Shown here one piece after another: positions 20,478 to 29,743 of a stretch of DNA of 64,000 bases. The notes under the pieces were generated by a model that saw only the letters and a list, made by a program, of their open reading frames with translations, had not been told where the DNA came from and searched no databases. Source of the DNA: Alphaproteobacteria bacterium MarineAlpha5_Bin5. GTDB lineage: Bacteria; Pseudomonadota; Alphaproteobacteria; HIMB59; GCA-002718135. The position numbers and the translations under genes are program-made. Every line of letters starts with the position of its first letter. Within the stretch, counting starts at the first letter, position 1. The DNA is taken from positions 25,587-89,586 of the forward strand of contig PTKZ01000004.1 of NCBI GenBank assembly GCA_002938205.1, given 5' to 3'.

Positions 20478-21473
20478 ATGAAACTTAGAAATTTTTTAAT
20501 TTCACTATTATTTATTTTACCATTATCATCATATTCCTTTGCAGCTCCTACGGGACAGGATTTAGGTGATAACTGGTGTTCTGATGTAAAAATGCATTTT
20601 TATGCAGGTGGTCCTGAAGCGGGAGGATTTGCAGGAATTGTTGCTGCAGGAGCAATGAATGCTATTAGAGATACTGGTGCTGATGCTGAAATCATTTATT
20701 CAGAATGGGATTTTGAAAAAATGGTACGTCAATTAAGAGAGTCTGTAGGTTTGGGAGTTGATGCAATAGCAATGATGGGTCACCCTGGTGATGACGCATT
20801 AATGCCGTTAGCAAAACAAGCTGCTGAAAATGGAATACTTATGACTTATCAAAATGTTGATCCTTCAGGAGTTAGAGCAAAATATGGTGGCGGATATGTT
20901 GGTGCTAATCTTGCAACACAAGGTAAAGCTTTAGCAAGAGAAGCTATAAGGCAATATGGTTTCAAAGCTGGTGATCATGCAATTGTAATGGTACCTCTTG
21001 GTGACTATGCAAGAGCGCAAAGAGAAGATGGTGCTAGAATTATATTTGAAGAACATGGTATGACAGTAACTGTTGTAGATGGAGATCCTAAATACGCTTC
21101 AGATCCAAATATGTCTATTCCAATATTTTCTGCTGCTCTAGCTGCAAATCCAGAAACGAAGGTAATAGTTCATTCTGGAAGTGATATAATGAACGTAGCT
21201 GAAGGTATTGCAAAAGCTTCAGGGTATGGTCCCAATGAATTGCTACAAATTGGTTTTGATACCAGTCCGCAAATTATGTCAGCTTTTGAAAAAGGTTATG
21301 TGCATTTAACTTCAGATCAGCAACCTTTCTTACAAGGTTATCTGCCTGTAATTTCTTTGTGTCAAACTGCAGTACTAGGTACTGGTGCTATCAACCAAGA
21401 TACTGGAGCGGGTTTTGTTGATACTAATAACTATCAAGCAGTTAAAGCACTTGCAGATGCTGGTTTAAGATAA
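20478..21473 (+). CDS. ABC transporter substrate-binding protein, RbsB/CUT2 monosaccharide type
   Basis: 331 aa with a signal peptide and a periplasmic-binding-protein type I layout. Followed by a single-domain ATPase and an RbsC-type permease. SD AAGGAGG is present. Confidence 0.8.
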   Translation: MKLRNFLISLLFILPLSSYSFAAPTGQDLGDNWCSDVKMHFYAGGPEAGGFAGIVAAGAMNAIRDTGADAEIIYSEWDFEKMVRQLRESVGLGVDAIAMMGHPGDDALMPLAKQAAENGILMTYQNVDPSGVRAKYGGGYVGANLATQGKALAREAIRQYGFKAGDHAIVMVPLGDYARAQREDGARIIFEEHGMTVTVVDGDPKYASDPNMSIPIFSAALAANPETKVIVHSGSDIMNVAEGIAKASGYGPNELLQIGFDTSPQIMSAFEKGYVHLTSDQQPFLQGYLPVISLCQTAVLGTGAINQDTGAGFVDTNNYQAVKALADAGLR

Positions 21474-21484
21474 TATTACCTTCA

Positions 21485-21514
21485 TTACTGACCCATTTTA
21501 TTATGGGTCAGTAA
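21485..21514 (+). other. intercistronic hairpin (12-bp perfect stem) after the SBP gene
   Basis: TTACTGACCCAT / ATGGGTCAGTAA with a 6-nt loop and no trailing T-run. It probably acts as an mRNA stabiliser or processing element rather than a full terminator. Confidence 0.5.
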
Positions 21515-21522
21515 CTATAATA

Positions 21523-22269
21523 ATGAAAAATATAATTGAACTAAAAAAAGTTACTAAAAGATTTGGTGGCATTACAGCTTTAAATAAAGCATCTTTGCAT
21601 GTTAATGCTGGAGAGGTTGTTGGTCTAATTGGAGATAATGGTGCTGGAAAATCCACGTTAATAAAGACACTTGTAGGAGTATATAATCCAGAAGAAGGTG
21701 AAATATTTATCAGAGGTAAAAAAGTTTCAAGTTGGAATGCATTAAAAGCAAGAGAATCAGGTATAGAAACTGTTTTTCAAGACAGAGCGTTATGTCCTCA
21801 ACAATCAATTGTATGGAATATTTTTATGGGAAAAGAGTTAAGATACCCATTTGGTTTTATTAAAGAAAAAGAACAAATCAATGAAGCAAACAGATTAATT
21901 AGGGAAATAGGTTTTACTTCAAAATTAATTGATGCTGAATCTCCTGTTGGAAATTTGTCCGGTGGTGAAAGGCAAGGTGTTGCAATTGCAAGAGCAATTT
22001 ATAATAATGCTGAATTAATTATATTAGATGAGCCAACAAATGCACTATCATTAAATGAAACTCAAAAAGTGTTTGATTTTGTAGACAATGTGAAAAAATC
22101 TAACCGCTCTGTGTTATTTATAGGACATAATATCTATCACGTTTATGATATATCCGATCGATTTGTAATTTTAGATCGAGGTGAAGTAGTGCACCAGCTT
22201 GATAAAAAAAATATAGGCTCTCCTGAAGAGTTAATGAAAATAATGAGAGACACAATACAAAAACATTAG
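21523..22269 (+). CDS. ABC transporter ATP-binding protein (single ABC domain, FrcA-like)
   Basis: Walker A GDNGAGKST, signature LSGGERQ, Walker B ILDEPT, 248 aa. Confidence 0.9.
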   Translation: MKNIIELKKVTKRFGGITALNKASLHVNAGEVVGLIGDNGAGKSTLIKTLVGVYNPEEGEIFIRGKKVSSWNALKARESGIETVFQDRALCPQQSIVWNIFMGKELRYPFGFIKEKEQINEANRLIREIGFTSKLIDAESPVGNLSGGERQGVAIARAIYNNAELIILDEPTNALSLNETQKVFDFVDNVKKSNRSVLFIGHNIYHVYDISDRFVILDRGEVVHQLDKKNIGSPEELMKIMRDTIQKH

Positions 22270-22274
22270 AAATT

Positions 22275-23249
22275 ATGAATAAAAACAAATCAATAATTGG
22301 AAATATATTTCACAAAAACGGAAGAGCTCTTGGAAGTATGGGTTATTTTGTATTATTGATGCTAGTATTTCTTATTGGCGCTCCAGAAGCATGGATGAGG
22401 CCTAATCTACATCAATCTGTTTTTGTTATGTTACCAACTCTCATTTTTTTAGTAATACCTTTAGTTTTTTTAGTTGCATCTGGTGAAATTGATCTTTCTT
22501 TTGCATCAACTTATGCAGTTGCTGCATATGTTTTTGCTATAATGGTAAAAGCAGGTATAGACCCCGCTCTTGCTATAATAGCTGGCATAATAACAGGAGC
22601 TGCAATCGGTGCTTTGGTTGGAGCTTTAATAGTTATTTTTCGATTATCTTCACTAGTTGCATCATTGGGTATGCTTTTTCTTTTAAGAGGTATTATTTTA
22701 TTATTAACAGAGAGTCGCTCTATTACAATTATGGAGATAGATTCTCATTGGACTTATTCATTTCTAGTAGGTAATTTTTATGGATTTCCTATGCAAATTT
22801 TTTGGGCATCTTTATTTGTAATTTATTGCTATTATTTGTTCAGTAAACATGTTTTTGGAATTCATATTCATCATGTTGGTGATAATTCTGTAAGTGCAGA
22901 ACAGATGGGAATTAATGTTAAAGCAGTAAAAATTAAGGCATTCATGTTTGTTGGTATTGGAGCAGCAATAGGTGGAATTTTTACTACTCTAATAACTTAC
23001 ACTTTTTTTCCTACACAAGGATTTGGTTATTTGTTGTTAGCTCTTGCTGCAGTTTTTGTTGGTGGAACTCCTTATTGGGGAGGATTAGGCACGATTGTTG
23101 GAGCTGTTTTTGGGGTAGGCATAATAGCATATATGGAAATTGGAATTATTGCAATTGGTTGGAGCGGTACTTGGCGACAATTTTTTAATGGTTTAATTAT
23201 TTTATTAGCCTTACTTGGCCATAGATTACATGGTGAAAGAGTTAGATAA
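22275..23249 (+). CDS. ABC sugar transporter permease (RbsC/branched-chain type)
   Basis: 324-aa polytopic membrane protein of the AraH/RbsC style, sitting between an ATPase and a glycosidase in the same operon. Confidence 0.85.
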   Translation: MNKNKSIIGNIFHKNGRALGSMGYFVLLMLVFLIGAPEAWMRPNLHQSVFVMLPTLIFLVIPLVFLVASGEIDLSFASTYAVAAYVFAIMVKAGIDPALAIIAGIITGAAIGALVGALIVIFRLSSLVASLGMLFLLRGIILLLTESRSITIMEIDSHWTYSFLVGNFYGFPMQIFWASLFVIYCYYLFSKHVFGIHIHHVGDNSVSAEQMGINVKAVKIKAFMFVGIGAAIGGIFTTLITYTFFPTQGFGYLLLALAAVFVGGTPYWGGLGTIVGAVFGVGIIAYMEIGIIAIGWSGTWRQFFNGLIILLALLGHRLHGERVR

Positions 23250-24557
23250 ATGAACAAAATTGTTTTAATTGGTGCTGGAAGTGCTAATTTTGGATTAGGA
23301 ACCATAGGTGATATTTTTAAATCAAAAGTTCTTGAAGGTTCTACAATAATTCTTCATGATATAAATGCAAAAGCTTTAGAAAAAACTAAAAATATAGCTA
23401 ATAAATTTAAAGATAAACTTAAGGTAAGTTATAATATTGAAGCTACTACTGACAGAAAACAAGCTCTTAAAGGTGCAGCCTACTGTATCATTTCCATAGA
23501 AATTGGAAATCGTTTTGATTTATGGGATCAAGATTGGAAAATTCCATTACAATACGGTTTTAAACAAATTTATGGAGAAAATGGAGGTCCCGGAGGTTTA
23601 TTTCACTCACTAAGAATTGCGCCCGTAATATTAAGTATATGTGAGGATATCATAAAAATTTGTCCTAATGCTTTTGTATTTAATTATTCAAATCCAATGC
23701 AAAGAATATGTCATGCTGTAACAACAAAATATCCTGAACTTAAGTTTGTTGGATTATGTCATGAAATAGCTTCAATGGAAAGACAGCTTCCATATATAAT
23801 GGAAACTAATTTTTCAAATATTGAAATAAAAGCCGGAGGGTTAAATCACTTAAGCATTTTACTTGAAGCAAAATATAAAGATTCGCAAAAAGATGGGTAT
23901 CCGAAAATAAAAAAAAAATTTAAAAGCTATTATTCAAAATTAACTAGTGAGTATTATCCTTCAAAGCCAGGGGGCGAAAGAGGCGTTTTTTTTGAATTAT
24001 ATAAATTATTTGGATATCTTCCTATAACAACAGACAGTCACTTAGGTGAGTATATTCAATGGGCTTATAGTGTGGCTGATCATGAGGCTATAATGAAATT
24101 TTACGAAAATTATAAAAAACGTTGCTTAACTTTTTATGATGACGAATCTCATTATTCAGAATTTTTTCAATTGCACAATAAAATAAACGAAAGAATCATT
24201 CCAATAATTGAGGCTATTATACAGGATGCTAATATTGAAGAGTCTGCAGTTAATATTCCTAACAAAAACTTTATAAACTGCCTTCCGGATAATATTGTTG
24301 TGGAAGTTCCAGGTTTAATAAGTAAATCAGGAGTGGCTGGAGTAAAACTTAATAATTATCCTGCAAACTTTGGAAATTTATTAAATACTCAAGTAAGTAC
24401 AATTCAATTAACAACTGAGGCTGTAATAAACCAATCTAAAGATAGTGCCTATCTAGCTTTATTATCTGATCCAATCGTAGATAATGTTGAAAATGCTTCA
24501 AAATTACTTGAGACAATGCTTGTTTTCCAAAAAGAATATCTAGGGTACTTAAAATAG
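23250..24557 (+). CDS. glycoside hydrolase family 4 (NAD+/metal-dependent glycosidase)
   Basis: N-terminal Rossmann motif IVLIGAGSANFG, YSNPM block and GLCHE block, typical of GH4 alpha-glucosidase/galactosidase-type enzymes. 435 aa. Confidence 0.8.
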   Translation: MNKIVLIGAGSANFGLGTIGDIFKSKVLEGSTIILHDINAKALEKTKNIANKFKDKLKVSYNIEATTDRKQALKGAAYCIISIEIGNRFDLWDQDWKIPLQYGFKQIYGENGGPGGLFHSLRIAPVILSICEDIIKICPNAFVFNYSNPMQRICHAVTTKYPELKFVGLCHEIASMERQLPYIMETNFSNIEIKAGGLNHLSILLEAKYKDSQKDGYPKIKKKFKSYYSKLTSEYYPSKPGGERGVFFELYKLFGYLPITTDSHLGEYIQWAYSVADHEAIMKFYENYKKRCLTFYDDESHYSEFFQLHNKINERIIPIIEAIIQDANIEESAVNIPNKNFINCLPDNIVVEVPGLISKSGVAGVKLNNYPANFGNLLNTQVSTIQLTTEAVINQSKDSAYLALLSDPIVDNVENASKLLETMLVFQKEYLGYLK

Positions 24558-24629
24558 CTCTTGAACTAAGGTTTTTTTTGGATAATACTATTTAGCTAAC
24601 GCTTGAAAGATCGCTCAAAGGAGGATGAA

Positions 24630-25709
24630 GTGGCAGATATAAATATTAATACAGTAAATAAATATTATGGAGATGTTCATGTAATCAAGGACATTTCTTT
24701 GGATATAAAAAGTCAATCATTTACAGTTCTAGTTGGACCTTCAGGATGTGGAAAATCTACTATGTTGCGAATGATTGCTGGTTTAGAAGATATAAATTCT
24801 GGAACGATATCTATTGATGGAGAAGTTGTAAATGATTTACCTCCAAAACAAAGAAACATTGCAATGGTATTTCAATCATATGCATTGTACCCACACATGA
24901 CTGTTTTTGATAATATGGCATTTGGTTTAAAATTAGAAAAAAGATCAAAAGATGAAATTAATGAAAGGGTTCAGGAAGCAGCTCGCATTCTTCAAATTGA
25001 AGATTATCTACAAAGAAAACCTAAACAACTTTCTGGAGGTCAACGTCAAAGAGTAGCAATTGGTCGAGCAATAACTCGTAAACCAAAAGTTTTTTTATTT
25101 GATGAACCTCTTTCAAATCTTGATGCAGCACTACGTGTTCAAATGAGAGTTGAGCTTGCTAAATTGCATGATCAATTAAATGCTACAATGATCTATGTTA
25201 CTCATGATCAAACTGAAGCGATGACACTGGCTAATGATATAGTTGTTTTAGATGAAGGAATAGTATCTCAAAAAGGATCACCAATGGAATTATATAATAA
25301 TCCGAATAATTTATTTGTAGGAGGTTTCATTGGCTCACCTAAAATGAATTTCATCTCTTCTAAAATACTAAGTAAAAATAATAATACAACCGAAGTAGAT
25401 TTAATGGGATCTGGAAAAATCAAAGTACCAAAAACATCACCATCTGCTTCAGAAGGAGATTCAGTTGAATTAGGTATTCGTCCAGAACACTTAGTTGTTA
25501 ATGAAGATGCTGATGCTTCATGGGAAAGCAAAGTATTCGTCGTTGAAAAATTAGGATCAGGAACATTCCTTTATTTAGAAAAAGATGGCGAACCTTTAGT
25601 TGTGGAAACAGAAGGTGATTCTAATATTAAAGTTGGAGATACAGTTAAAGTTGGGTTCATAGCATCTCGTTGCCATTTATTTGATAGAGCAAGCAAAGCT
25701 TTTGGTTAA
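24630..25709 (+). CDS. MalK/UgpC-type sugar ABC ATPase (orphan, CUT1 type)
   Basis: Walker A GPSGCGKST, LSGGQRQRVAIGRA, Walker B FLFDEPLSNLD, and a C-terminal regulatory (TOBE-like) domain. I prefer the GTG start at 24630, 5 nt after the AAGGAGG SD, over the TTG at 24603 in the ORF track. Confidence 0.9.
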   Translation: MADININTVNKYYGDVHVIKDISLDIKSQSFTVLVGPSGCGKSTMLRMIAGLEDINSGTISIDGEVVNDLPPKQRNIAMVFQSYALYPHMTVFDNMAFGLKLEKRSKDEINERVQEAARILQIEDYLQRKPKQLSGGQRQRVAIGRAITRKPKVFLFDEPLSNLDAALRVQMRVELAKLHDQLNATMIYVTHDQTEAMTLANDIVVLDEGIVSQKGSPMELYNNPNNLFVGGFIGSPKMNFISSKILSKNNNTTEVDLMGSGKIKVPKTSPSASEGDSVELGIRPEHLVVNEDADASWESKVFVVEKLGSGTFLYLEKDGEPLVVETEGDSNIKVGDTVKVGFIASRCHLFDRASKAFG

Positions 25710-25722
25710 TTTAAATTATAGA

Positions 25723-25777
25723 GAATCGGTATATTAAAAATTATTAAAAAACTGTTGGAATATACCGATTCTTTTTT
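25723..25777 (+). terminator. intrinsic terminator after the MalK-type gene
   Basis: Perfect 13-bp stem GAATCGGTATATT / AATATACCGATTC (25723-25735 / 25759-25771), a large 23-nt loop, then T6. Confidence 0.6.
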
Positions 25778-25788
25778 ATATTGTTGTC

Positions 25789-25802
25789 CCAAAACGCTTT
25801 AG
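25789..25802. promoter_or_regulatory. degenerate LacI-type operator CCAAAACGCTTTAG
   Basis: 12 of 14 positions match CCAAAACGTTTTGG. It lies between TTGTTG (25781-25786) and TATAAT (25806-25811), the same module layout as the two perfect sites. Confidence 0.4.
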
Positions 25803-25968
25803 TTATATAATTTATTAGAGCAGAGTGTTTTCATATTATTTCCTCCTAATAAGAAGTATTCCTCTTGTTAACTACTCTGCTCAATTAAAGAAAAAAATTT
25901 TGTTATTGTTTATTTTCATGTGGAAATAAAATATTAGGCAATATAACTAATATGAAAATAAATCTAAA

Positions 25969-26994
25969 ATGGCAAATATTATTATAGTTGGCGCAGGTGC
26001 TATGAGTAGTGCTTTTTCTTTGCCTTGTATAGAAAATAATCATCAGGTATTAATTGTTGGCTCAAAATTTGATGATAATTTAATTAACCAAATCAATGAA
26101 AAAAATAATTATCATCCAAGAATTAATATTAACTTACCAAACACTATTAAATTTATAAAATATAAAAATATATTAAATGCAAAATTTAACAAAACTGACC
26201 TTTTGGTAATAGGAACTAATTCAAAGGGAATTGAGTGGAGCGCTGAAGTATTAGAAAAAATATGTGATGAAAAAAAATTACCTCCTATATTATTATTAAC
26301 CAAAGGTTTAAATGTTTATAATAATAAATTTGAATTACTTATCGATAAACTAGAAAGGATTTTGCTATCTAAAAAATTTGATAACATTAATGTTTCTGCT
26401 ATAGCCGGACCTTGCTTAGCAAATGAATTAGCCACAAAAAATCACAGTAGTGTTGTGGTGACAAATAAAGACTTAAAAACTACTGAATGGATAAAAAAAT
26501 TAATAAGCACAAATTATTACCACGTTTATATGTCAAATGATGTAAAAGGTGTTGAGGTATGTGCTGCAATTAAAAATATATTTTCTATGGTCATTGGTTC
26601 TGCTAAAGGATTAAATAACAATACAAATGAATACTTAAATACTTCTGCAGCATTATTTAGTCAATGTATTTATGAAATGGAGATATTTGTTTCTTTTTTA
26701 AAAGGTAAAAAAGAAAGTGTTAGAGGACTTGCAGGTATTGGGGATCTTCATGTTAGTGCTGCAGGTGGTAGAAATAGTTTAATGGGATCATTTTTAGGTG
26801 AAGGTTATTTATACTCTGAAGTTAAAGAAAAAAAAATGAAAAATATTACAGTGGAGGGTGCAGAATTATCGTTTGTAATATTTGAATTGGTAAAAAAACA
26901 TTTTACTATAAAACAAATACCTTTATTGCTATCAATGATGGAATCAATTGTAGAAAATAAAAAAATGAAAATAAGATGGGAATATTTTAATTAA
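25969..26994 (+). CDS. NAD(P)H-dependent glycerol-3-phosphate dehydrogenase-like protein
   Basis: N-terminal IIIVGAGAMSSAF Rossmann motif and the GVEVCAAIKNI block recalled from GpsA. 341 aa. The sequence is divergent, so substrate is not certain. Confidence 0.65.
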   Translation: MANIIIVGAGAMSSAFSLPCIENNHQVLIVGSKFDDNLINQINEKNNYHPRININLPNTIKFIKYKNILNAKFNKTDLLVIGTNSKGIEWSAEVLEKICDEKKLPPILLLTKGLNVYNNKFELLIDKLERILLSKKFDNINVSAIAGPCLANELATKNHSSVVVTNKDLKTTEWIKKLISTNYYHVYMSNDVKGVEVCAAIKNIFSMVIGSAKGLNNNTNEYLNTSAALFSQCIYEMEIFVSFLKGKKESVRGLAGIGDLHVSAAGGRNSLMGSFLGEGYLYSEVKEKKMKNITVEGAELSFVIFELVKKHFTIKQIPLLLSMMESIVENKKMKIRWEYFN

Positions 26995-27018
26995 TTTTCT
27001 TAAAAAATATATAAAAAA

Positions 27019-27612
27019 TTAGTTTAAGTAAATTCCTACTGCATCTTTTATTTTTTTTGGATTAAGCAAATGAATTGTTTTAAATCCTAAATCTTTAGCT
27101 GCTTTAATATTTTCCAATTTATCATCAATAAAAACAGTTTGATTAGGCCTAAGATTAAATTTTTTAATTGCTAATTCATATATTTTTTTATCAGGTTTTA
27201 TGAGATTACATGCTCCTGAAATCAATATACCGTCAAAATTTTTTAAAAAAGGATAATCTTCTATCATTCCTTCAAACGTTTCAGCAGACCAATTTGATAA
27301 AACATAGCATTCAAATTCTTTACTTTTCAAATCCCTTAATAAATCTATTGATATATTAAATATTCCTTTAATCATTTTACGATGATTTTTGTAATACATT
27401 CTTATTTCATTAATGTATTGAGGATAAATATGAATTAACTCATTTTCAGCTTCAATTATTGCTCTGCCTGAATCTTGCTTTATATTCCATTCATCGTTAC
27501 ATATATTTGATAAAAAATACTCTCTTTCTTTAGTATCCAAAATTATATCCTTAAAAAAATGATTGGGATCCCAGTCAAAAAATACTCCACCTAAATCAAA
27601 AAGAAATTTCAT
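27019..27612 (-). CDS. HAD-superfamily hydrolase (subfamily IA)
   Basis: Motif I FDLGGV, a later SN motif, and a C-terminal FIDDK acid motif. 197 aa. Confidence 0.7.
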   Translation of the reverse strand: MKFLFDLGGVFFDWDPNHFFKDIILDTKEREYFLSNICNDEWNIKQDSGRAIIEAENELIHIYPQYINEIRMYYKNHRKMIKGIFNISIDLLRDLKSKEFECYVLSNWSAETFEGMIEDYPFLKNFDGILISGACNLIKPDKKIYELAIKKFNLRPNQTVFIDDKLENIKAAKDLGFKTIHLLNPKKIKDAVGIYLN

Positions 27613-27667
27613 AAAATGTATTTATAATTTATAGAATAGTTTTTGGAAATAAAGATTAAATTGAATT

Positions 27668-28531
27668 ATGAACAAAGAAATAATTTTAAATATACAAAAG
27701 CAATTCCTTAGCTCAACTAATAAAAGATTGTCTAAAACATATATAAATAATAATATTTTACCTATCATTGAATATATAGCTTTTTCAAAAAAAAATAAAT
27801 TTTTAATAGGAGGTTCTCAGGGAATAGGAAAATCCACCTTGGTAAATATCTTAAAAAAAAATTTACAAATTTTTTATAAAAAAAAAGTATTAGTATTATG
27901 CTTAGATGATTATTATTTAACAAAAAAAGAAAGGGTTTTTCTTTCGAAAAATGTCCATCCTCTGCTAATAACTAGAGGTGTGCCTGGCACACATGATATT
28001 GATAAGTTAATAAATGATATTAAAAGATTTAACAATTCCAAATTCCCTATTCTAATTCCCATATTTGATAAATTAATTGATGATCGATCATCTAGAATAA
28101 AAAAAGAAATTTCAAAAGCTGATATTTTAATTTTAGAAGGCTGGTGTTGTGGAGCGTCAGATATAAAAAGCAGCTATTTATTAAAAAATATAAATAAATT
28201 AGAAAAAAATAGAGATAAAAATACTATTTGGAGAAAATATTATAATAGTAAATTAAAAAATGAATATAGTAAATTATTCAATATTTTTGATAAAACTATA
28301 TTTCTAAAAGCTCCTTCATTTAAATACATATTAAATTGGAGAATTAAGCAAGAAAAAATGAATAAATCAAATGCAAAAATACATAAAAAAATGAATAAAA
28401 AAAATCTTATTAATTTCATAGAACATTATGAAAAAATAACTAAGTACATGCTTAAAGAATTACCTAATCAAGCAAATATGGTTATTAAAGTTGATAAAAA
28501 ACAAAATATTACTTCATTTAGTATTAAGTAA
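27668..28531 (+). CDS. P-loop kinase, D-glycerate 3-kinase (GLYK/COG4240)-like
   Basis: P-loop GGSQGIGKST, then LCLDDYYLT and RGVPGTHDI, paralleling the recalled plant/yeast GLYK blocks (SIDDFYLT, RGNAGSHDL). Confidence 0.55.
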   Translation: MNKEIILNIQKQFLSSTNKRLSKTYINNNILPIIEYIAFSKKNKFLIGGSQGIGKSTLVNILKKNLQIFYKKKVLVLCLDDYYLTKKERVFLSKNVHPLLITRGVPGTHDIDKLINDIKRFNNSKFPILIPIFDKLIDDRSSRIKKEISKADILILEGWCCGASDIKSSYLLKNINKLEKNRDKNTIWRKYYNSKLKNEYSKLFNIFDKTIFLKAPSFKYILNWRIKQEKMNKSNAKIHKKMNKKNLINFIEHYEKITKYMLKELPNQANMVIKVDKKQNITSFSIK

Positions 28532-28536
28532 ATAAG

Positions 28537-29001
28537 TTAAAAAAATAACCATCTTTTAACAGCTTGACAGTATCTTTTATATTCATCCTCAAACTTATTA
28601 TTCAAATAATCTTCTTCAGCTGGTATTACGTAATTATTCATCCAAAAAAATAACCCTAAAGAACTCAGAAAATATAATACATTTTCAAAAGTCAAAAACA
28701 TACTCAAATGAAATAAGACGAAAGCTATGTACATTGGGTTTCTAGCATAAGCAAAAATTCCTGTTTTAATTAAACGTTGCGATTCAGTTTTTGGTCTTGG
28801 GTTTTCATTATATATTGAAAATAAGTTAAATGCTGAAAAGAAAAATATAAAACTTATTATTATTCCTAACAAACCAAATAGATTTAATAAGTAGAATAAA
28901 CTATATTTTGGCAAAATAAATTCTCCAAAAAAATATGAAAAGATTAATAAATAAACAGAGATATATAAAGGATTACCAATGACGTTAGGTCTCATTATCA
29001 A
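28537..29001 (-). CDS. ICMT/PEMT-like membrane methyltransferase family protein
   Basis: 154-aa polytopic protein with the YARNPMY block and a C-terminal EE..L...F...Y..Y pattern, typical of isoprenylcysteine carboxyl methyltransferase-like proteins. Confidence 0.6.
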   Translation of the reverse strand: MIMRPNVIGNPLYISVYLLIFSYFFGEFILPKYSLFYLLNLFGLLGIIISFIFFFSAFNLFSIYNENPRPKTESQRLIKTGIFAYARNPMYIAFVLFHLSMFLTFENVLYFLSSLGLFFWMNNYVIPAEEDYLNNKFEDEYKRYCQAVKRWLFF

Positions 29002-29657
29002 TATCTTTCTATTAACGGCATTAGTTTACTATAAGTATCTATAACTTCACTTGCACCCGCCTCATATAATTCCTTATTGCTTCTCTCTTTATACCAATGA
29101 CCTCCGGCTGTTATTCCGATAACTTTAATATCTGCAGCAACACCAGCTTTCACCCCTACAATACTATCTTCAATTATAACTGTTTCCTTCTTGTTCAATC
29201 CATTTTCATAAATAGCTTTTAAATATATATCAGGATTAGGTTTTGGCATTTTTACCATATCATATGAATATATTTGAGAAGGTTTAAAAAACTCATCTAA
29301 TTTCACTTTTTTCAAACCATCTAAAATTCTAATTTTCAAACTATTTGAGCCAATAAATAAATTAAGATTTGAATCTTGCACAAATTTATATGCTCCTTTT
29401 ACTGTTTCTAATTCATTTAAGTATATATTTGTCGCTATATTCATTATTTCATCATAAAATTTTTTTTCATTTTTTATTGTAAATCTATCAGCTAAAATAG
29501 AAATTACTTGTACTGTTTTAAAACCTGCAAATTTAGAAAATTCTTTTTCCTCAAACGGAAAACCAAAATTATTCATATATTTAGTAAAGGCCCTGGCTAC
29601 AAGAATTTCGCTATCTACTAAGACACCATCAAAATCAAAAATAATGTTATTTATCAT
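28998..29657 (-). CDS. HAD-superfamily hydrolase (beta-phosphoglucomutase-like)
   Basis: Motif I IIFDFDGVLVDSE, motif II GSNS, motif IV EDSIVGVKAG. 219 aa. Confidence 0.8.
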   Translation of the reverse strand: MINNIIFDFDGVLVDSEILVARAFTKYMNNFGFPFEEKEFSKFAGFKTVQVISILADRFTIKNEKKFYDEIMNIATNIYLNELETVKGAYKFVQDSNLNLFIGSNSLKIRILDGLKKVKLDEFFKPSQIYSYDMVKMPKPNPDIYLKAIYENGLNKKETVIIEDSIVGVKAGVAADIKVIGITAGGHWYKERSNKELYEAGASEVIDTYSKLMPLIERY

Positions 29658-29743
29658 TAAATATTAAGTGTCTTTTAAAGAATTTTAACTAATTTTGTTT
29701 TATTTTTTATTAAATATTATTAATATATAATAATAATAATTAA

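Noticed and set aside
25799-25847. A minus-strand perfect SD (AGGAGG, 25842-25847), a 7-nt spacer, then ATG opening an 11-codon mini-ORF (MKTLCSNKLYN).
   Set aside because: An ORF this short next to one SD-like hexamer can plausibly arise by chance in a window of this size. No promoter is evident on that strand, and the same bases are better explained as the CCUCC-containing leader structure of the + strand gene. Kept only as an alternative under the leader finding.
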